A stretch of 62,376 nucleotides of DNA, filler included, from Sluysia triapertura (lineage: Eukaryota): the NCBI GenBank assembly GCA_046118255.1. It is 5 parts of 5 records of this genome, joined end to end, with 100 filler letters (N's around TTAATTAATTAA, not from the genome) between each part and the next. Parts side by side here need not be neighbours in the genome. Positions count along the whole stretch, not along the records: positions 50,869 to 62,376 come from JBJNIA010183968.1; 4 more parts are not named here. One strand, given 5' to 3'. The notes beneath the pieces are model-generated. The model made no database searches, was not told where the DNA came from, and saw only the letters and a program-made list of their open reading frames with translations. The translations under genes were made by a program, and so were the position numbers. Position 1 is the stretch's first letter. Each line of letters opens with the position of its first letter. Positions 52,650-62,376 of the stretch are shown piece after piece.

Positions 52650-54328
52650 ATTATTTTTAGATTATGTATCAATATTTTACTTATTTTGTATTCTTTTTGA
52701 TTCATTGATTCTACGGAAAATTATTCACAGCTTTCCAGCAATAAGTGATGTATTCGTCAAAAATTACTATTGCTAGCACGTCCACTGCTGCCACATGTAT
52801 CGAAAGATGACAAGTTGTGGAACTTCTCAAGATGATTAAGGTTACGAGGTATGTACGTTTCTGGGATATTTTCGGGGATTAATAAAATTTTATAACTAAA
52901 AGAAATTTATAACAGATCCCACTGAGTCTGTGTATTTATATTTTGGTGGTTTTGTTATTTGTTTGTTGGCAACTGTTAATGCTACTTTTATGAAGTTGGA
53001 TATTCAATGTGCCGATATCTTTTACAATACAGTGTGCCTTGACGCACAAGGTTACTTTACTGAGAGTAGTTTTAATGTATCGAATTTTTATTTCGAGATA
53101 CACACGTAGATAGTTTTGCAAGCTATTTCTGTAAGTAATAGATTAAAACAAAATTTATATTGATTATTTCCTATTGGGTAACAAAATTTGCCAGAGATAT
53201 ATGGATTATGATAAGGAATTTAAAAGTGTATCGGTCGCAATTTATCAAACTGCCACGGATAAATATAAAATGTTATGATTTTTGTGGATCTTTATTTAAT
53301 TGTTTAAGGATTGGTCTTTCGAATTTTATTATTATTTATAACTAATTATTATCATTATTATTACTTTGTGATACCATTATCATAATCTCATCTTTTACAA
53401 AAAATCATTAGTATACTTTAATTTTTTTAAATCTTCAATCTTATTGGATAAAATGTGTTTTTATACAATTCTTTGATCTATTTGTATATAATTATGTAAT
53501 TTTATTTGGTCTTCGTTTTTGATTTTGTTTTTGTGTTTCATCAACAAGTGTTACACCATTAAATAATGGAACGTTTTGTGTGAGGAACTGTACTAAATTC
53601 AAATATTGAAACATTTTTTCACAGTATCACAGAAGGTTACGGTAAATGAGGTAGTATTTATATTTCTATTTAAATTACAATTACTAGTATCGCATGATGA
53701 ACAGGTGACACTTTAGTAAAAGGTGTAAGTTGCCTAACGCATTGTGCTCAAACATTGAACTGATTACTGAATTTTTCATCCCGCAATCTCGAAAATGTAT
53801 GATTGGTGATACAATATCAAATTTAGCATCTAAAATATATTTGCGTGATTTAAACAAAGTTTAAATATTCTGTAAGTTAAATGTGCGTAAACTAGAGGGC
53901 GATCCCCGGATGGGGGTGTTCAAAATTGTTAAATTTAACAAACTACGTTTGTTTTTTCTTTGAATATTTTTTGTTGCGTTTTACAATTCAAGTAATAAGT
54001 AATTCCAACACCTAATTCCATAATAGACGCAGAACAATATTACCAAGAATAAAATTTCAAAGCAAATATATTTATAAATTCATAAAGCAATTGTGCATGT
54101 GCGCTAGAGATGTTATGTTTGGTATTTTTTTAGCTGTTAATTAAAAATAACCTTAGCACACTGCTATAACAATCGCGAAATAACAGCTATTAATATTCCA
54201 CAGAACTGAAATATTTACAGATATGATATTGCATTTTTGATGTAAAGAACTTAAATTTAATTTTGTTAATTTTTCTTTATTTTTGTTAAATAATTAGAAC
54301 TGCTGTTCATAATATTTAATTTATTTAA

Positions 54329-54397
54329 CCTCTTAACGCGCAGAAACGTGTTAACACGGGAGTGCATTAAGTTTTTAAAAAATTGTGCATTAAGGGG
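54329..54397. mobile_element. Minimal piggyBac-type MITE (69 bp)
   Basis: TTAA|CCTCTTAACGCGCA ... TGTGCATTAAGGGG|TTAA; 14-bp TIR with 3 mismatches. Confidence 0.65.
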
Positions 54398-54679
54398 TTA
54401 ATTTATAAGAAACAGAAAAAATACATTTTATTTATGTATTTATTTTATTTATGAAGTTTTTTCATAATGGCATTATGATTGTTTATTAAGTTTAGGACGC
54501 CAAAAAAATATGTTGAAATTGGAGTGCAACTTAAAAGTTTGCGCACGCCTCCTATAAGATGCAAACATTATAATACAGATATTATGTTCAATTGATAACA
54601 TTTACTTAATAAAGTATCGGCATTTTGTTGGGTAAAGGCCTAAAGTGCCTTATATAAATACTGACTATAATGAAATAAT

Positions 54680-56820
54680 ATTGTTAGACGGGGCTGATAT
54701 CTCCACGACTCCTCACATTGACCCTGCTGAACCCTCTGTTACTTCAGCCGTCGAAAATGGTATTGATCTTGATGATTGTACCACTATATTTCAACTTATT
54801 TCAACAAGTTGCATGATAATTTGACATCATTAAATGCTCTCTACTTGACTGCAATATGAAAGGTCTTTGATTTAAACGAAGTCCGTAGGCATTTTACTAC
54901 TAAACGCCAGTTTACCACCACCTTGGGTAATCTTAAAGTAAAATGCACATGTGGAGCAATCAAGATATGGGAAAAGTTTACCATGACCCGCATTGAACAC
55001 ACTAACGTCCTTAATAGTGGTGCGGGTAAAAAAGTTACCGTCCTACCACTTGTACCGCAAGGAGGTAGCAGATCCTGTCCAAGGTCTCATCTCCTACCAC
55101 TATTCGGTGTACTTCCTGCTTAAAAGCTTAATTCTATGATGCAGTAGCCTAAGCGTCACCAACTTAAGAAGTATAATTTTAAAGGGAGTCAAGTCATTGT
55201 TAAGTGCTCTTCTCCCTTCTTATCAATAGTCTGGTTTCTCTTTCCAATCATGTGGTAACACATACTGACTCTTACTCCAACTACTAAAAACCTTGATTCC
55301 ACCCACCGGTCAGATTGAATATCCCTGAACGCGATCATGACTTTCTTCGATGCATATGTGTATGACCCTAAGTCAGTAGTAATTGATTCCATCACGGCCG
55401 ACTACGCAATGTTTAATGATGAACAAGAATTTCTCAATAATTTCCCCCTCAGAAATTCTCAAGTTGGGAACATTTCTACTGGATTTTGAATATTGATAAT
55501 CATTGGATTCTTCTTATTTTCAATAGAGATTCTAACTTCTACTGCACCATTATACTCTTCTTCATGTTACGTATCCCTTTTATGTGACTTTCTAAAAAAT
55601 GTTATGATCGTATACACTGAACTACCAGTGTACCCAGATAAACAAGATTCTGTACAAGATTCTGTACCCTATCCAACTCAAATTGGTCCTACTGATTGCG
55701 GTCCCTTCATTTATGACACTGCCTTGAAACATAAGCGAAATCCTGATGTATTAATGTTTCCCAACCTGATATCGGTGCTATAAGGCAATACTTTATAATA
55801 TTGTTGCTTACTCTATTAAACTTCCATCTGACACGAAAGCTAAACACCCACATCCTTCTCTTGAGTCTCTTTGCAATAAAATTAGTAGGAATGACCTGTC
55901 GATGAAATCTTTTCAGAATTGTGTGATTTAATACATAGGTTGCTTCCACCCAAATTCCCCAACATCCTGTGTCAGTTTAAAAAATCTCACACTGAACGAA
56001 GCGAAGAAATAAAAAATGACCCGGATAAAATCTTCCAGCAAAATCAATCTAAGTACCAAAATCAATCTATGTCTTCCAGTTACATCTTCAGCTATTGAAA
56101 TTTGCGAATATTACTGTTTGACCCATCACAACTTGGTACACTGTCTTATTTTATGGACATATACTCTAACTACCCAATCGCGGAACAAGAAATCTTGGTT
56201 ACTTTGAAATTTTGTAAAAATTCCAAAATCAAAATCACGTTTGAACATATTAAAAACGTTGATCCATTAGGGAAATTTCTATGCCTCCTTTTTAATAAAA
56301 TTATTTTTATCCAAAAAATACCACCGGCCTGGAAGAACTTTACCACCCTTCTTATAATAAAACCTAATAAATTTCACCTTGCGCATGAGGTCTCATCTTG
56401 GCGCTTATTGCTATACTTGATTCCACATATCACATTTTTACCAAGATAATTAATGACCGTCTTCTCTCCTGGATACATGCTGACAACCTTATCAGTGCTC
56501 ATCAAGCTGCACTTCCGCGTTTGATGGTGCACAGAACATAACTTCCTGTTGCATTCCTACAGGAAATTATTATTTTCCAAAATCACAAAAAGGTTAGGAA
56601 GATTGAGCTCAATGTTATCTTCCTTGACTTAACCAATGCTTTTGGTTCTATCCCCCACAAACTGATTTGGCATAATCTATCACTTGTGGGTCTGAACCAA
56701 CACATTCTTAATCTTGTTAGGGACCTATATGATGATAGTGGCATATGTTACAAATGCAATAACATCACTATTGTCCTGTTCCAATTAGATATGGTGTAAA
56801 ACAAGGTTATCCTATTTCAT
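54680..56820 (+). mobile_element. NeSL/Utopia-like non-LTR retrotransposon, decayed and 3'-truncated
   Basis: Cys-rich N-terminus. Ulp1-like protease motifs NHWILL (55498) and PTQIGPTDCGPF (55673). RT motifs IPPAWK, SSWR, FLDLTNAFGSIPH (56620) and GVKQG.P.S (56793). Confidence 0.85.
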
Positions 56821-56969
56821 TTAATTTAATATAAATTTGTGATTTAAGATGTGTCATTCGAAGATCATTGTTAAACAATAATAATCTTGATAATATTATT
56901 ATATGAACGATTAAACAAAAAGTTATTTACTATTAACGTTTATTTCCCAATTGAATAACTGTATAACAT

Positions 56970-58584
56970 TTTATCATAATAAACCATACGTACAAATTAT
57001 AATTATAATAAAATAATCATTTTGTGCAAAAGTTAACATTACTTTAAAAACTGATTTAACATCATCAAAGTCATTCACATCGAGACTAACTAAAGGTTGT
57101 AGTAAATATTCGTCTAGTTGAGTAATTAGCATCGTTAAATGCTGATGATTACTAAAAGCACTGATCCAGAAACATGGAATAGATCGTGTTAAGTTCACTC
57201 GTTCTGAAATAATCGTTGTCTTTTTAAATTGAACTTCTTGTCTATTCTCTAACTTCGTTGTTCGCCTTATCAGTATCATTCTGTAATTCATAAATTTGTT
57301 TTATTTCGGTTTTAATCGTTTTAGGAGTTGAGGTTATATTTTTGATCAGATTGGTGGTAATTGTCGCTATATCATAAAATTGAAGAATTGAAATAGTGTC
57401 TACTACTAATTTTAGTAGTATTTTTATAAAGTTAATACAAGGCAACTTTTACGTTGCCGTAAAATATAAATTAATTGCAAATCCGAAAAATGAATAATAT
57501 CTCGTGATACTGTATTACAGTTGATAAATTAATTTATTATTTTGATAAATTTTTACAATTATCATAGAAATCATTTGAATAATTATCGGACTTCAAAAAC
57601 TATGTAATTTTTATTGAAATTCTGCAGAAAGTACTTGTTTTATTAGCTCATTTGATTCATATTCATTTTCAGTTTCATTTAGACCTAATGTTTTCATCTT
57701 ATCATCAGTAGCAGCATCAGATTATTGATTATTTTCTTCAATTCTTCATCATTATTAAAATTTCTCTTAGGTGTTATTGTAGATTGTTTAACATTCTGAT
57801 TTTGTTGTACAATTTGGTTTCATTGTTTAGTTGTTCATTGTTTTTACTAAGTTTATCGTGAAGTAATTTGAGACTCCACAGTTCTTCATTTCTTGATGTT
57901 GAGTAGTTATATTAGTGTTCGGTGCATGTGCCATTTCAGGTGAAGCCAATGAAGACTGTGGTGAAATTTCTGTAGCTTCTATACATGGAACTTTTATTTT
58001 CCGATGATTTAAATTCTTTTAGAAATTAAGAAATTTGTCTCGGATTATCTGTTTTCTTTTCTATGTCGATTCTAATATCAGTTTCTTCCTGATAATTTAT
58101 ACTTATATTCTCTTGACACATCGTGTTGAAACTGGATACTTTCATCTTGAGCTTTTAATGACTTTAGTACATTTCGATTTATCAACATCTTTTTTGATGC
58201 ATTTGCATTGACTATCTTAATTCATTGTTTGAAAGCCATTTCCGTATTGTTCTTTTAGGAGTGAATTAGTAGTTGACCTTTACTACGAACAAAATTGTGA
58301 TGTGATGATATTTGACAATTTGATATATATTGTTGTGGGAGAAAATGTGTGATAGAGATTTAGAAAGAAGTGAGAGTGAGGAAAGGAGTTGTAATAGTGA
58401 ATGAGGAAAATAATTATGGTAGAGTGGGAGAAGTTGAAATAATACATATAGAAATTTCATTTTTAATTTTTAATTGTAAAGATTTTAAGTTATATAAGGA
58501 TTTTAAATTATGGGAATTTAATATTTTAAGTTGGTTGGCTGTTTTGTGGTTGGAAATTCTGAGTAATGAACCCTAATTTTAACA
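56970..58584 (-). mobile_element. Unclassified element with a TGTTAA terminus, C-rich leader and decayed ORF (58240 to ~56970)
   Basis: Minus strand begins TGTTAAAATTAGGG, has a ~320 bp C-rich arm, then MAFKQ*IKIVNANASKKMLINRNVLKSLKAQDESIQF... with stops. The other end and TSD were not found. Confidence 0.4.
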
Positions 58585-59481
58585 TACAACAATGCAAGAC
58601 TAGGATATTATTCCAAATATATTTGCAACTTGAAATATTTGACATAAAATGATATTAAATTTAGAGAACAAATCACAGTCGAATCAGAATTTATTAAAAA
58701 ATGTTCGAGTTTAAAATTCGATTAAAATATACGTATGATAGAAATATATTAAAAATAACGAATCAAAAAATGTAATTGAATTAAAATATAAACTGTAAAT
58801 AGTTGTGATTATTAGTCCGTATTTTTGTACATTCTGTCACAGTTGTGTTTCATTTATTTTATTTAAATGAGTATTTCACAGATACAGATAAAACGTCATA
58901 ATACGAACTGTGGTTATAGTTGGAAAGGTGAATTACTTAAAGATTGAGACATAATAAAACTTGAATCACTTGGTCCGATTATTATTTGATCAAAATGATT
59001 GATCTGATGATGTATCCCACTAATTTTTATTTAAAATATTTCTATGAAACAATTGGTGGTAGATCCAACTGAAAGTGATGCATTAAATGAGGAAATGATG
59101 GAGGAAAGTAACGAAGTGAATTTGTTGAAAGACAAGAAGCGAGTTTTTGCTTATCGTACTTTACCAATTTTAAATTAGTAAATTGAATTATTGTGTTACT
59201 AAATAATTTGAAGATATTTAACATACTAAATAAGATTAATAATTGAATATAAATTTAGTATTATATTTGAATATCTGATAATAATGATAATAATTATAAT
59301 AACAGCATTAATAATTTAAGAAAGATATTTTTAAATATCGTTGAATGTACAATGTTTATAAAACACCATCTGCAGACAGGAGTAGCTGTACCAATGGAGC
59401 AGTATTATAATGTTTCATTAATTTCATAAGAACTCATTTTGTCTGTGCATCTCAAACATGTGTTACTTCATTTGTATTATC

Positions 59482-61773
59482 TGTGGTGGTTCAACCATAT
59501 TTAAAATTTTCACATACACAAATAAACATGAAACATGTACACAATCACTTAAATACTTAATCATCAACATCACAACATCTAAAATCTTAAAATCAAACAG
59601 AATTTATAGAACAATGAATTATCTATAATAACACTCTCAATTCTTCCTAACCTCTCCCTTATTTTTTCTTATAACTCTTATCTCAGTTCTTACCAAAAGA
59701 AATCAAAACTAAAGTTTAAAATGAAAATCGAAATTAGCAACAAAGTAGTAACATCATTTTGTTGAAACTAAATAACTCGACAAAGTATCGCTAAACAATC
59801 AATCAACTTCTTAATAAATGAAGTGTCCAAATATAGAAAAGATGGAAGATTTGAATTTTTAATTATGTCTGATTCAATATTTTGTTTAACAAGTTCCAAT
59901 TTTGCATAAACCATCTTTTAGTAATAGACATCTTTTTTGTTCTGAAGAATTAGACAAAAGAATACTTGGAAATGAATTCGACAGTCTTTTTGTTGTGAAA
60001 AATCCTCTGTTTCAAAATAGTGATATCTACTTGGGAAATACTTATTTAATTCATCATATAATTTCACCCGCAACTCTGACGATTTCAAGGAAATCAAACA
60101 AAAGTCATCTTTACTAAATAAAACATTAATTTTCTCATCACTTATAGAATTACGGCAAAATAACTGATATAATAAAATAGTCTTTCTGGTTTCTGGTTGC
60201 CACATTTATATAAATATATGATTTGACTTTTCTTTTACTTTCATATTTAAAAATTACCTTTTGCCAGTTCTTTTTATCAAAATATTCAATATAATAAGTT
60301 AAGATTATTTACTAGAACAATGTCCAGTAATTCTTTTTCAATGTAATCAACAAAATTTTAACACAGAAATTTTTAATTTTTTGGATGTACTATTTTCAAT
60401 AATTTTTATCTCAAGAACGTGGTTGGTCATCCAATCAGGATTCTCTAGTATATAATCAAATGAAATTCAACCTGATTGGATGATAGGCAGAAAACACAAA
60501 TTGACTGACAAAAATAAAAATTACATATGGTTAGCCATCATCAGTGTTGACACGATAATGAAGATTGTGATGAACAATGTCAACACTGGTGATGGTAGTA
60601 ACAAGTTGAAATAGTTGATAAAGTTTTAATTACTAAATAATTTAATAATTTGAAAATAATAATAACAATAACAATATTGTTATTATTATTATTACTATTA
60701 ACAAAGAAAAAAGGAAAAAATGCATAAATTTATCTTATCAATCTCACAAGAACTTTCTTCTAGTCTTTACTTCTCGACATATAAAAGATTAAAAAATGAA
60801 GTAAAAATTGATAACATTGAATGAAATAGCGACAATAACAGGATGAACTATGCTCGAGTTATTGTTGCTATTTCGTTGTATAAACTTGAATTCTTTAAAA
60901 CTGTACACGATCTTCCTTAATTCATAAAAATTTCTAAGATGTTGAAATACATTTAAAATGTATTTGGGACTAAAGTTTCTGATTAAGAATTGTTTTGAAA
61001 GAATTGATAAGCATAATTAACCTTTGAATATATAATAATTGATTTGAATCGTGAGATGAAATAGAGAATGTTATAATAAGTTCTTGGATATTGATTAAAG
61101 TTCATAATTGAAGACAAGATTTAAGTATTGAAAGATCGTGGATAAAAGGCTTATTGACTAGATTGTAATTTAATAAATCTAAAAAGGCAACTCTTGGTAT
61201 TTTTAAAATATTATTGTACAATGTTTTGTGTGATTTGTTTATTTGATGTTTCTGATGGTGTTACATTGTGTTGTTGATGATTATGTATAGACGAATAGTG
61301 AATTTAAGATGCTGTAATTGATTTGAAGATGTGAAGTAGATATTTTATATGTTTCAAGTAGATTTGCTGGTGTTATCAAATGGTATTAAATGTAATTGTG
61401 GTTTATACATTATAAGTTTGTGACTATGGTTTAGTTTAGGCAAATAAACTATTAAATAAATATTATTAATTATTAAACATTAAATATTAAAGTGTAGTGT
61501 AAAATGAAGGATTCGAAAGTATTAAATAGATTATCTCCAATGAGTTTGTTGTTAGATTATTATTAATGTCGAGTAACATGTTTTAGGTGGATTAATTGGT
61601 GTAAATTGGTAATGTTGGGTGTAACTGTGATTTGTATGTTGTGGAATTGTGGGTATGAATTGATTTTAGTACGTATGTAAGAGATGAATGTATAAGTGGT
61701 AGAGTGTGATGAAAATAAAAAAAAATATTAGTTTTTAGTAAAATTTTAATAATTGTAAAGGTTGGCCACCACA
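59482..61773. mobile_element. TGTGGT-family element with related inverted ends
   Basis: Left end TGTGGTGGTTCAACC; right end (reverse complement) TGTGGTGGCCAACC, similar to the 9673 end TGTGGTGACCAACC. CCAAT boxes at 60421-60482 and minus-strand ORF 59918-60205. No TSD seen. Confidence 0.6.
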
Positions 61774-62376
61774 CAAGACTCGAAAATTTTTAATACTTTT
61801 ATTACACAAAAACGAGTAAAAATTAAAATAAAACCACTATAAATTTATAAGCTTCAAAAATTAATTATCAATTATAAATAATAAAATTATTATAAAGATA
61901 AAATTTAAGTTATAATAAAGGTCAAGCCGTTAGACTCTACTTTGTGATAAGTATTTTATAATTGACCTTACGGCTCAACTAAAGTGTAATGAATTTATAT
62001 TTTAAATTGATTTTGTGATTGGCCTTAATGATTAACCGTAAAAATTAATAGTTTAAGTCTAGATTTTAGCTCAATGTGAGTTTACAAACTATGTGAAACA
62101 AACTTACGAATTAATCAATAATATTGTTAATCGTCTTCCAGGAATATTGTTTATAATTAAACTGACTGATCGAACTATTACTGTTTGGAAAGTGTTATCC
62201 CTCTAATCGAATACGCGGGATTTACACAATAACCTGGAAAACTGAATGAATTTGGTGGTGACGAGCCGGTTAATTCCAATGATGATTTTTGTATAATAAC
62301 TTCTTTTTTTCAGATACCAAAATGACGAATTTAGTTTGTGTTCAGCTTTCTTTGTGTGATTAATTGTGTCTTCTTC

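Noticed and set aside
58595-58601. CAAGACT as TSD partner of 61774-61780
   Set aside because: The implied left end does not begin with TG; probably chance.

Overview
Very AT-rich eukaryotic (probably invertebrate) genomic DNA with assembly gaps. The only confidently identified host gene is a thioredoxin-glutathione reductase (glutaredoxin-TrxR fusion), seen as three + strand exons at 39762, 45738 and 50278 separated by multi-kb introns. Most of the rest is decayed mobile DNA: Tc1, mariner, pogo/Tigger, piggyBac and hAT remnants, a tRNA-derived SINE, LINE 3' ends, a NeSL-type retrotransposon with a Ulp1-like protease, and a pseudogenised chuvirus-like fusion glycoprotein gene. Two patterns are not explained by standard categories. 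(1) A covarying RNA hairpin (UAAAAU-CC...bulged A...GG-YGAA, often followed by a branch-point-like pentamer and AG) recurs seven times at 20.6-38.5 kb. Where the context is readable it sits in inward-pointing TATA/donor/hairpin leader modules, and one inverted pair brackets the viral glycoprotein. (2) A family of TGTRRT...ACA elements, one with a perfect 5-bp TSD, has palindromic CCAAT boxes and cargo ORFs (a CCCH zinc finger) but no visible mobilising enzyme. All homology calls are by eye; no searches were run.
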